DNA of 56,325 nucleotides, counting the filler, from Catajapyx aquilonaris (lineage: Eukaryota): the NCBI GenBank assembly GCA_000934665.2. It is 3 parts of 3 records of this genome, joined end to end, with 100 filler letters (N's around TTAATTAATTAA, not from the genome) between each part and the next. Parts side by side here need not be neighbours in the genome. Positions count along the whole stretch, not along the records: positions 37,632 to 56,325 come from JYFJ02006634.1; 2 more parts are not named here. One strand, given 5' to 3'. The notes beneath the pieces are model-generated. The model had not been told where the DNA came from. It saw only the letters and a list, made by a program, of their open reading frames with translations, and ran no database searches. The stretch's first letter is position 1, and each line of letters begins with the position of its first letter. Positions 45,339 to 56,325 of the stretch are shown piece after piece. Both the position numbers and the translations under genes were made by a program.

Positions 45339-47585
45339 TAAAATTAATTGTTAAACAAGACGACAGAGGAACTGCCTTGCTGCATTTTCACACAAATTTT
45401 CAAATGTCAATCTTGATTCTGTAACATTCTGCACCACACTTGTTTGGGCAAGGCATGCTCTTAAGCATGTTATTTATTCATTCAATTACATTTTTCTCAT
45501 TATAACCTTGCTAAGGTCAGAGGGCATAATTTTCTTTGGTTTGTTGTCCCTTGCTGAGTCTTATTGCGGGACTTAAACATTCATAATTTGAGGGGAGCAA
45601 AAGCTAAAACAAATGATGAGTGGCTCATTTTTATGTGCCAAATTTTGTGAATTTTAACAATAATATCACGCAGTTACAACGATGTTGACTTTGTTCCCAT
45701 TGTGTGTCGGTGTGTGTAAGTGATAGCTTGGTTTTGGTATCCAGATTATGGAAACAGGGTTGTAACATGTGACTAATATATGAAGACTTAATTTTATATT
45801 CCACCATTGATTGACTGCGTTCCCTTAGCACTTGTTATTTCCAGTTAAATAATTGCTGGGTCCACTTGTGGCCTTGGCCGGTTGGCTGACACAAGCATTG
45901 TTTGAATTCTATGTAATTTGGGCCTTTAATACGTACCCTTTAATACGATGAATTTCTTGCAGCATACAGTTTAACCTTCCTTTTGGCACAGCATACGTAA
46001 AGGAGCGTCCCGACTTCTTTTCATTGTGCAGTAATAAGAAATGAGTAACACTCTAGACACTGCCTCGTTGGCATGGGGTTAACAATGGCATTAAGGCATC
46101 CTTGGGATAAAGATGTAATCTCGATAAGGCTGAATATTCTATATTGGGTCACTGCATCGACTGTTATGTAAGCTAGTAAGGAACCTTCCCTGCCCCTCAA
46201 AGTGAACTGAATATGTTGGGTTGAGAAATGTGTTACGTTTGACATACTGTTGTCTTCTGCCCTACGTCGTTGTCCTGTGGCTCTTCTTGCGGTGTCCTCA
46301 GCAGTGTGACGCCAGGTGTTTCCCCCACCAACATAGTTAACGGTTAACAGGTACTTACGCCCAAATCTGTTAAGCTGTATGGTCCATTGAGGACACTTGT
46401 ATGTGTTGTGCGTAGTTTGTCAGTGAGCGCGTTCTTCAGTGCGGTCAATTCTCCTCGCGACATTAACAGTGGTTTAAATATGGATCTAATATCATCTCAG
46501 TGCACTCGCTCCCCATATTCCTCAGGTATCGAGTACGTCTTTATTACAAAATAACATATATAACTCATAACTATGCGCCCTCATTCACTCTGATTTTCCC
46601 CACGACCCACGAGTAATTTTGGACGAGGTGGTTTATGCCTTCGCTCCCGATAGGTACTGTACCGGCCCGTACTGAGGGAAGCGTACAACCCCCCAGTACG
46701 TCCTTATGGCACCATACAGACGGAGATTAGTTTGCTCGTCCTGACTGAGGGTCCCATAGGTTCAGTTAGTTGTGCACACGTTTTGACAGCCTCTGTTTTG
46801 GATTGGGGGACATGAGTCATGTCTTGCTGCATTTTTGTCGCAATATTTTTCTTTATTGTTGGAACAGTTAAGATCCGTATCACCGATCCACACATTTTCG
46901 CCTTGAGGCTAGTATAATATATAAATGGATTGTTAGTGTTATTCTCGGTATGGTCCAACACCATGGTGTCCACTGATTGGGAATCTGGAACATTTGGAGT
47001 ATATAGCTCTCTTAACTATTCTGTTAACATCTGGAAGGGTAACAAATGTCTGATTATACTGAAAATTCTCCAGGTTGTCCCAAGTTTTCAGCGTCACCCA
47101 TGAGATGTCTCTGAATTTGCCTAGGAGGAATGTCCACATTCCGACTCACTAATTACAAATGCCCTAATGATTTCTGGGAGTCGAAAGTACTACATAATAT
47201 TCTCTGGCTTGTTTTCGTGATTGTGTCGTCTAAAAAGAGTAACTCTTAAACCTTCCCTGCCTATCATTACATTAATTTTAGCTGGGCAGTGTTCATCCAC
47301 AGACACTCAATGCAGTTTCATAAGCTGGCTCAGTTCACTTCCTGGGAGTTTTGTGCTCGTTCCAAACCCGCACTCATAATAACGATAGAAAATTCCAGTA
47401 TTCTCCTTCCGACCTCCCTGCTTATAGTGTATAGCATGTGTAATTACTAATTAGTTACTTCTCCCTCGACCTTCCATTTCATGAAGTCAATAAATGAATC
47501 AAACCTGATATTGTGGTCCCATCAACAGGTTCTGTACCTTTGATATTCATGCACAGGTTTCTAAAGCATTCCTACTAAAAGTAGA

Positions 47586-48834
47586 GGGTGGACTTCAGGA
47601 ACATTTGGACAGTAATTGGAATGAGGCTGAGGGCAGTTGTTTCGTTTTTGAAATATGTATTACGTTCGCAAGTGAGCCAATGTGAAGAATGCTCCAACAA
47701 TTGTTGGTGTGATACACACCATCTTTCCAGTCGTCTTTCCCGTGTCTGAATTTCCTTCCTTAAGGTGTTTGTGAGGGTTTGTTTCCTGAGGAAGCATGTC
47801 GTAATTTGCACTTTCTGCCGATTTGAGTCTTCCTGCATCACATATTAACAGTCTGGTTCTTGGGATTTGCTTGTTTTTTGCTTGGCTATCAAATTAAATT
47901 AAAAGCACTTTAACTTTAACTTTATTTTTGGCCACAACTTTTCATGTTTAGGCCGGGTAAGTGTTGTGACGCCAGGTTTTGACATATATACAGGTAAAGT
48001 TACGGTGACCAATGAGTGTTGGAAAGTTGGTACACCTTGCCCCGATTCGGGCTTCCGCTAACCTACTGGCTGGTTAGTGAGAGGGAAGCTCTTAGTTTGT
48101 TGACCAGGTTACAGGGTACAGTTCAAGACTGACAGGTTCAGATATCAGTGCGACGGAGTTGCCTGCTGGCCCTGATATGACGAATGCCTAGTCGGTGTTT
48201 GACTGTCCCTAACTAAACTGAATATCCTGGAAGGTAAATGAAGCAACAATAGTGTTTGTTTCATCATTTTGAAATCTCACCAGGACCGAGGGCTCCTTAA
48301 TTCGTCCTCCAGGTGTATGGTGATGAAGTTGGGTGATATCTCCAAGCATGGCGCTGTCCTCGACTCTATCTTGAGTGATGCTGGCTGGCAGCAGTGTCAA
48401 TGGGCTGGCTCACCCACTGGTGTTCAATCCAGAGCCTACTGCCGATGATGTGGTTGTCGATGATAGACTTATGTACTGATGAGATTGGACCACAAGTTTG
48501 GGTGACGTGGTCATACAGCCAAGGGCCCTCCTTGTGTCTTACTCTACGGGACAACACGTATTCGATGTCCGAGAACCCGGAAGTTGCGTCATTTACGCCA
48601 GGGTGGACTTGCAGGAACATTTGGACAGTAATTGGAATGAAGCTGAGGGCAGTTGTTTCGTTTTTGAAATATGTGTTGTTACGTTCGCAGCTGAGGCAAT
48701 GCGAAACTGAAATGAATGGTCCAACTATTGTTGGTATGATACACACCATCTTAGTGGTCTTCCCCGTGTCTGAATATCTGTTTTGCGAGGGTTTGTTTCC
48801 TGAGAAAGCATGTCGTAATTTGCACTACTTTCCG
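47586..48834 (+). repeat. Diverged about 235-bp direct repeat pair (47586-47820 and 48601-48834)
   Basis: Both copies carry GGGTGGACTT(G)CAGGAACATTTGGACAGTAATTGGAATGA.GCTGAGGGCAGTTGTTTCGTTTTTGAAATATGT...GAGGGTTTGTTTCCTGAG.AAGCATGTCGTAATTTGCACT. Confidence 0.85.
47965..48220 (+). mobile_element. LTR-like interspersed repeat related to 51477-51680
   Basis: Both start TGTGACGCCAGGTT and share TTCGGGCTTCCGC and AGAGGGAAG in the same order. Confidence 0.4.
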
Positions 48835-50129
48835 AAACTGGAAGTGTTCCTGAATCGCAGAACCCTGATAGATTATGTCGGTAACGTAACTTATCGTTCT
48901 CGCTGTTATGATGTTTTTTAAAATTATATGCTGAAGGCGGCAATCGTTATCAAAATCAATGGCGGGTATATAGCGCAGGTGTAGATCCTTGAAATACGTT
49001 GCTCATCTGTTGATTCCAAGAATATTATGCCAAAGTAAACTACTGTCGCAAAATTAAATACTACTACATCAGGAGAGATGTGTACATTACCGCTTCATAA
49101 AGTCTCTTCGCTCTTCCCTTCTTCGGAGCGGCTCCTTCTTAGTGTCGATGAAGGTCGTGTGGTGCCATCTTGTTCAGATCGTCATTCTGCTTCTGCTTCG
49201 GTCGTCCCGGATGCCATCGTCGAAGCCACTCCTCGACATTTCCTCCAACTTGTTCTCGTCCCGTGTCTGTAGGCTGCCAACACACCTGGTCACTCCTGCT
49301 GAGACCCTCTTACTCAGAAATTATGCATTTAGTAATGTGCAAAAATTCTCTCTTAATTATCGGTAATTGGCACCTATATTCATGAAGTAGGTTGGAGTTA
49401 TTGTGAATAATATGTGGGATCATGTCCTTCTAGGAATGCAATCCGGTTTGAAGAGCGTAACACTTGCCATGTAGTGCATCACAATATAAGTTGTGTGGTT
49501 CATTCCCATCAGTTCATTGCAGACTTTTTAACCACTTGCTGCCTTTCACATTGTGCGATGCCAATGTCATCGTGTGATATGACTTGTAGGGATCATCTCG
49601 AGAAACTGCAACAGAGTGATATTGTGCATGCTTTAAAAGTAGGGTTATCCAAAAAGAAATAGACAGTTTTAACGTGCTATGAACTAACACTATATAAGTA
49701 AGGTTGTTTTCTGTCACTTGTGTCAGTGGTAATGTTACTTGTGTCGGTATATATATGTGAACCATGCTGTTGATGGGGGACAGGTCACAACCAGGTGTCA
49801 GGCTCAGGTTCACCCCCTGCAGTCCCGGGTAAATTTCGCATCTGTGATGGCACTTCCCCAAACATGTCGACAACGAATCTCTTCCTTTCTTCATCAGTAG
49901 ATGGGAAATACTGGGTGGCTAGCTGGTGAGTGCAAGGTGAGGACAGTAGGGGCTGGGCGGAAAGTGTGGCGTTTTCTGTTGTTTTCTTTGTATCCTTCCC
50001 TATTGTTCAATATTCTGTATTGTCGAAGTGCGTAGAAAGTTGGCAGGGACATGCCCGTACTGAAGAGATGGCTCTTAGCAAAGGAGGTTTGTTTGGAAGT
50101 ATTCCTTCAGTTAGAATAAGTTGTGCCGT

Positions 50130-50206
50130 AAACTGCTCTCGTTTGCTTGTCTTTCCAATTACCATGAATTTCGTTTTGGTCAGGTTGATTTGGAGATGTT
50201 TAGTGT
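50130..50206 (-). mobile_element. Non-LTR retrotransposon (LINE) RT C-terminal fragment
   Basis: Minus-strand TKHLQINLTKTKFMVIGK resembles the LxLNxxKTKxM motif of LINE ORF2 proteins. Confidence 0.5.
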
Positions 50207-51476
50207 GAAAATAATCTGCAATGTGTTCCTTTCAAAAGAGAGAACTTATATCAAGTAGAGCAGGGAGATGCAGCGGATATCAAAAGGGAATTCTCCATTG
50301 CCTCCATTGACTTATGAATCACACAGATTTTTTCGACACCTTCTCATTAAGGAATAGTCCAACTGGTCACTTATTCCTGCATGCTTGTGCCCTATGGTGG
50401 CAGCCCCGTGCTACACACATGGGCATAGCCACCAGGTTGTCTGGGTATATTGTATTAAAGATATTGATGCTACTTCAAGAGTGAATTTACACCCTGCGTT
50501 CAACAAGGAAAGCTTCCCTTTCGTGGCAGCATTTAAATAGTGGTTGATTCACACCCTTTTTTTGAACCGTAAACAGAGGCAGAAATGTTTGCAATGTTTC
50601 GTCTTTTTTCATGGTCGCAGTTGTTTCCGGCTTGTCTTGAAGCACTTCAAGGGTATAATTTACAAACAACTTGAGCGGCCCTGGAACTTCTACTTTGGAG
50701 GTATTTTGCTATGATTGAGCAGGTGATACTTGCACACTGGTTCTGGTCCATTGGTTAAATTTGGCAAAACTATTTACTCTGAGCCACCATGTACTTCGTA
50801 AGTTGTCAGGCTGCCAGTATAAGAACCTACGTAAGAACAACTGAAGAGGTCCATACATGCGTATACGTGTGATCATGGAACACTTACTATGACATTCGGC
50901 TGACTCGGGGATCCTTGGGGGATATTTGTATCCTGGTGTCATAGATGATTAATATGGTGGAAAAACATGCAGCGATTTGCTGTTATCGTATGAATTGAGG
51001 GAAAAATACAATAGGGTGATCTCTGACGCTATGATTTTGTACGGATATATGCCCGAAGTTGTGTAAGGTTCATTTGATAGCTTACGTTATGTGGCCATTA
51101 TTAATAAGGAATTACGTTTCGCTCTTGACGTTGTTTTGGTAGCTGTGTTGATAAGATACATTCGACGTGATCTCCACGCGTGGCATGGCGCAAGGTCAGA
51201 TCACTCTCGCCCTGGATGCGGCCAGATAAAGAATCATCTGACATTCTCTGACCTGGTCCTAAGCAAAGTTCCATCTTTTGAAGGGTTTCCGTGGATATCA
51301 TGCTGACTGCTGCCGTTAGGCAATAGAATAATCATGCAAGTCACGTCGAGTCGTTTCGTTCTCTGCTTTTGATTGTTGGTAGTGTGGTACAGCACCGGAA
51401 CAATACTTGCAGTTGGGATGCTTCGAATCGATATGGCCTCCGTTTTTGCATTCTTTGTGTGACGAATAGAGTGTAT

Positions 51477-51680
51477 TGTGACGCCAGGTTCTAAGTGATT
51501 CATACCTGGATCACGGAGAGGGGTACGGACAGTACTGTGCTATGTTCGGACCTGGTTCGGGCTTCCGCCAACCGGCCGGACTGTTGGTCAGAGGGAAGTT
51601 GGTCCATCTCCTACTGCAGCGAACGGTCAAGCAGTACAGATCCCTGCGGACCTGAATAAACTAAACCAAACAAAACAACA
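51477..51680 (+). mobile_element. Solo-LTR-like repeat
   Basis: TG start, AATAAA near the end, ends in ...AACA; related to 47965-48220. No clear TSD. Confidence 0.4.
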
Positions 51681-53039
51681 TTGATAGTTACCATGTGCAA
51701 CGGCTATGTCGTTACTGTCCAGTGGACAACAATTTATTAAGTATTGGCACAAATGTAATGACAATAGTGACGATCTCTAAACAATGCAATGAAAACTGAC
51801 AACAATTCCAATAATTACAGACATTACAGTATTATTGACCGAATCTGAGGCGTGGGGTTGGAAGATTGTTACTATTTAAGTTATTTATATATATCAAACA
51901 TTAAAATTCATTTGCATAATATTGTGGTACGATGGTCTTGTCAAATACAAGAATGAAACCCATCTTTCCTGTCTTTTCCTTTTATTGGAATCCAGGTTGA
52001 GCCCTAAGAGGGTGTAGCCTATCTCCTGGCCGACAGATGGACTTATTGTTCTCTGTGTATCCAGAAGTGGCACTTATTATACTGTAAGACTAATAAATAA
52101 TAATTAACACTTCCATTATACACTTAGCGTCTTGTCAGACGTATGGTTTTTACGGCACATACTTATGTGAATACATAACAGACAAATGGTTTTAATTTTC
52201 TGTTCCAATGAACACATCCAATGTGAAGGACAAAACAGCTTGTTTATTAATTTGGGTGAAAATACACATCATTATGCTGACAATCGTTTATTTATCCCTG
52301 TACTGTACAGTACCATGTATGTCCGGTGACTTCCGGCGCTGCTTGTTTTTAATGATGATTGATGGTATTGTTTGTGTGGTGCAACGTGTGTATCACCCTT
52401 ATGTTTATTTGCACTTGGTGTTCTTTCTTACCTGCCTCGTTTTGTAAAGTTGGTGATAGAGAACATTCCCGTCGAGCAATGCGAATGATTCCTGAATGTC
52501 TTCGCTTCAGTAGTTGCTGCACATCTAACTAAAATTAATAGATATACGGTACTGGATTGAAACATGAAGTGTTGACAGAGAGTATAATAATGATCATCCA
52601 TTGGTGTTATTGGTCATGACTGCTTTGTCCACGGCTCTTTTGTCGTGAAGTGTTTTACAGTGTTACGGCAGTATCTTTTTTTCTGCTTCCTCGTCCAGTG
52701 ACTAGACAGCCTTTTAAATACCTCCGTCATGCCTTTTTCGCGTGCCATATATACAGCCCGAGCTTGCCATCAGAATTCATTCAGAATTTTCTATGCGGTT
52801 TTTCCACTTTTACTATCACACTATGCGTCTCTTCCATGCCATTGGCTGGAACAGAGAGGGAAGTGGTGGTTGTTTACTCCGCGATAAGGATGTCCCACCT
52901 CGACTGCCTTCTGCCTTCCCGTCAACCGTCGCAGTAAATAAATACTCATGATCTTCCAGTAGCTTTTATACTACCTGGAATGTCATTTAAGTTGAGTAAG
53001 GCAGGGGATGTGCCCTGTTCACCCTTCAGTAGAATAAGC

Positions 53040-54190
53040 CTACTTGTTCAGTACCGCCGTTTTTTCAGACGTTTTGCCACGATCGCAGCGGACCGTTGCA
53101 GTACGCTTTCACGAAGCTCTGCTATTGTTGTTAACGCTGTTGTTTTGTTAACTCGGAAAATGTGTCTGGTGGTTACTACAAGCTCCAGTTGTTCGAAAAA
53201 GGTGCCAATTGATGAATATTTCTCCTCTATTTAGTCGCAGTTCAATATTTCAATCCTTGCTTAGGGCCAGTTGCACCGGCCTCAGTATAACTTAGAACCT
53301 AGGGTATAAAAAGAATTGCCATAGCAATCATTGTTGGTCAACAATGATTGCTATGGCAATTGGCAGTAGTGCGCCTTTGGCATCAGGTGTGGCCAGAAAT
53401 GTTAACTCTTTTGAGACTTCGAGGTTTGCTTATTCCTTCCTGGTGTTCATTAACTGGATAATCGAAAAATTTGGATTCGTCTCCGTCGCAACAACAATCT
53501 TTGCTTTGGATCTCTTCATATGCCTTGGATGTTCACTCTTTGATTTTGCTGGTAAAGTTGACAAGGCTGGTTGCACCTGCAGTGAGTCTCTTTGATCTGC
53601 CAGGGAAACGTGTTTATGTAATTTCCTTTGTGTTGGTAAACCCTGAATTAGTGCTTTTACAGTCGTGGATTCTCATAATTTGACTTCTTGCGTGCTATCT
53701 GTTGATTACAATGCATGATGAATAACAAGTTACAATGTGTAGCTGTAACAAAGGATGGTGATAATGAATAACAACACTGTAGAGCGGTCTATCTTGAACA
53801 TAAGCGGCGGACATTTCAGTCTCGTCCATCGACAAAATCTGCCCAAATGTCTGCTTAGTCGTGACACTGTGAGAACGTAGTAGGACTTTGTTGTATATTA
53901 TCCATCTGCTAGTGGCATTTGCCTTTATAGGGCAATGTGGCATGCATTGTCTGCTGGTACGGCTACGCAGTATGTCCTAATATGTGAAAGTCGGCCGGAA
54001 TCGGGCGAGGTTTTTTTGTTTGATTCCTGGAGTTCTGGAGTTGTTACAAGCTCTTGCATGATGGCATCAGCTGGGCCATCCAACCCACACATAAATGAAT
54101 TTCAAGTTGGCATCATATACACCTTTAAGTGGATGTATGTCACGTCTCAGTACAATATGACTATGGGTTTCTATGAGCCGATAATAAATT
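53040..54190 (-). pseudogene. Decayed PIF/Harbinger transposon: DDE transposase remnant (about 54190-53720) and probable Myb/SANT partner remnant (about 53110-53050)
   Basis: GVYDANLKFIYVWVGWPS*CHHARACNNS resembles the HARBI1-type VCDxxxxFxDVxxGWPGSxHDAR motif. FHILGHTA*P resembles LGDSAYP; YNKVLL...TTKQTFG follows. Downstream CDR/W-KRLKKRRY is Myb-like across a frameshift. Confidence 0.7.
53314..53361. repeat. Short hairpin within a MITE-like insertion (starting GGGCCAGTTGCAC near 53264)
   Basis: AATTGCCATAGCAATCATTGTTG-gt-CAACAATGATTGCTATGGCAATT. Confidence 0.75.
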
Positions 54191-55837
54191 CAAAACTTGC
54201 AAATACAGGGTGTTCCAAGTAGGCATACTTTATTTCACTGTTACATAGGCCACCTGTAATTATCCGCCCGACATCCGACTTTTGTTGGAATAACTCCCTG
54301 ACGTGTTTCTTTTTCGGCCGTCATCAGGATGGGGGGAACGAGCCCGATCTCCTCTCTGCCCCATGTTTTGATTCTGTATGTTCAGAATTGAAGCCAGGCC
54401 CCCTGGTGAGAAGCGAGTGTCTTCAATTTTTATCAACACCACATGGCTATTCAATTTTATTTATTTAAATTTAATCTCTTGTGTGCCTTGGGGGAATGGC
54501 TGTCTGTTCAGCTACATGAGGCTACATTGAATGGTGTTATGAATAATTCTTCCTCACAAGACTAATTCCAAGAGTCATAATTATATTCGTAGCAGTTCGA
54601 TTTAGGTCAGAGTAACTTGTCTTTGTGGACGCAAATTTAGAGGGAAAGGCCTCCCAGCTTAGGGCTGTGCTGTTATTGAATTTGGAAACCGGTTATCGGT
54701 TATTGAAATAACCTCGGTATATGTACTGTACGTCGATCCAGTTTTGCGTATTAATGAAAAGTTTTACGTCACACAATGTATTGTATGGACGGAGTTCGCT
54801 CAAGTCGGCAGTTGTTCTGTTTGTTTCAGTGGAACTGGGGGATGTTCACTATTACTGTAATAATTGCTTGGACATTTTTCAAGTTATTCCCAGAAAAGGG
54901 AATAAAAGTGACGATCAAAAAGTCGCACATTATATCCCTTTCTATTCATTTTTGTTATGTGGTGTGCGGCGCAGTTATATTGCATATTGAGTCAGTCTGT
55001 TGTTATGAGCGCTCGATTGAGTGTTACGTGATAAATACGGAAAGTGTGAAGAGGCGAGTTATGGTTTTATGTGAACGTGTAGGTTTTCTAGGGGTCTCTC
55101 TGTCTGTCTTCCTCTTTTTTTTCCCCTGTAGTCTTAGGAGGTTGTCGTAATCCAGCAGCATCTATATGCATACTGTATGAGTAGGTGCTGGCCTGATACA
55201 ATTACTCGGACACTGCCTCCATGTGCCTGTACACCACAATAATATCTCCTAACAAAATCTCCCACTCTTAAAGCACTGAGAATTTCTTTAGTCTTTTCTT
55301 CATTTGCCCTCCGTCAAACAACGGTGCACCTCTATGTAAATATTACTGGTGAAACAGTCACTGGGATAGTTGGATTATAAGGCTTAGTAGTTGGGTGGTT
55401 TTCACCTCTGGGGTTAGCCGGTACTAGGGGCTTGTGCATTTGGGCAACTAGAGTGTAAGAAAGAAACAAACAAAATTTTCTGATCTGGGAATGTCACCCT
55501 GACGTATGTCTCATTTTTGTTGAATAAAATGCAACCCGAAGAGAGGATGTTGTCAATTAATTACGATAATTCGGGAGGCCAAATTCCGGTCCATTTAAAG
55601 AGGGATTCTTCTCCACCGATGACAAATATAACATGCTTGTCCATCATGAGGATTTGGTGAACGATCCTGATCTCATATTCATATCCCTGTATATTCGGGA
55701 TTGAAGCGTGGTCCAGTGGTCAGGTGCTAGTACTTCCAATTTTCACCAACACTACGTTCCAAATCAATGTGCTCTGCATTGGTCGTGGCTACATAGTTTG
55801 TCGGTGTTCACGTGTGAAGTGGACAGTAAACATGTAA

Positions 55838-56107
55838 TTACTGTAAATGAGACACTTTGTAAGTAATTGTTCTTGAAAGTTTGGGTTCGACATACTCACA
55901 AGCCATTTTGCACGAGAAACTCAAGGCGACCGATCCAACGAGGATAAGAATACCTCCGATGAAGATGAAGGTCAAACCCAATTTCTTGTCCTTGGCTAGG
56001 TCGTGGTGTAGGTAATGGTGAGGAATGTCGGACTCGATCAGCACTCCCAATCCGAAGAGCACCATGCCGGATATTATGATGGCCCTTGACACTCCAAGAC
56101 GACTCAT
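55838..56107 (-). CDS. Putative small membrane protein with two TM helices, 89 aa
   Basis: Hydrophobic segments AIIISGMVLFGLGVLI and LGLTFIFIGGILILVGSVALSF flank a His-rich loop. CCAAT (about 56270) and a TATA-like TTTAAAATA (about 56318) lie upstream on the same strand. Confidence 0.55.
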   Translation of the reverse strand: MSRLGVSRAIIISGMVLFGLGVLIESDIPHHYLHHDLAKDKKLGLTFIFIGGILILVGSVALSFSCKMACEYVEPKLSRTITYKVSHLQ

Positions 56108-56325
56108 GTTTCGTGCTTTGGCGGTACGGCAGGTGTTGAACGGATCGACTCACTCACAAATACCGTTACTGGATGTTACGATGTCTTGGGCGCTGTCGTG
56201 TTCCAAGTGCGAAAGAAATGTGTGTCCGGCGTCACCCTCGTGTCGTCCTCACCTTCTCGCCGCGTCTCATTGGCTAGGACAAATGCATTACCTTATTGCT
56301 CGCAAGGGGGGCTATTTTAAAGAAG

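Noticed and set aside
48209..49300. Exon-like segments as a host gene
   Set aside because: I could not assemble a stop-free spliced ORF or recognise a family; part lies in a local direct repeat.

Overview
Eukaryotic (invertebrate animal, probably arthropod) scaffold with spliceosomal introns, four N-gaps and many transposon remnants. Host genes: a 20-coding-exon TTC14 (S1 + TPR + long RS/RGG tail; 3250-14554, +), the last two exons of FANCL (19768-20129, +), an atypical class A GPCR (29591-30761, -) and a small two-TM ORF (55838-56107, -). The most striking feature is an operon-like cluster on the minus strand. The spliced GCHFR gene stops only 38 nt before the ATG of an intronless, nearly tail-less ASF1. 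The ASF1 CDS then overlaps, in the +1 frame, the start of an intronless CYB5RL, and an AATAAA follows CYB5RL. This suggests a GCHFR-ASF1-CYB5RL polycistronic mRNA, or an ASF1-CYB5RL frameshift fusion. GCHFR intron 2 (7.1 kb) is a nest of Tc1/mariner, piggyBac-like and PIF-like MITEs, SINEs and foldback palindromes. The right half is mostly decayed transposons (Harbinger, LINE, possibly Kolobok and LTR-like). All identifications come from manual translation and remembered family motifs; no database search was run.
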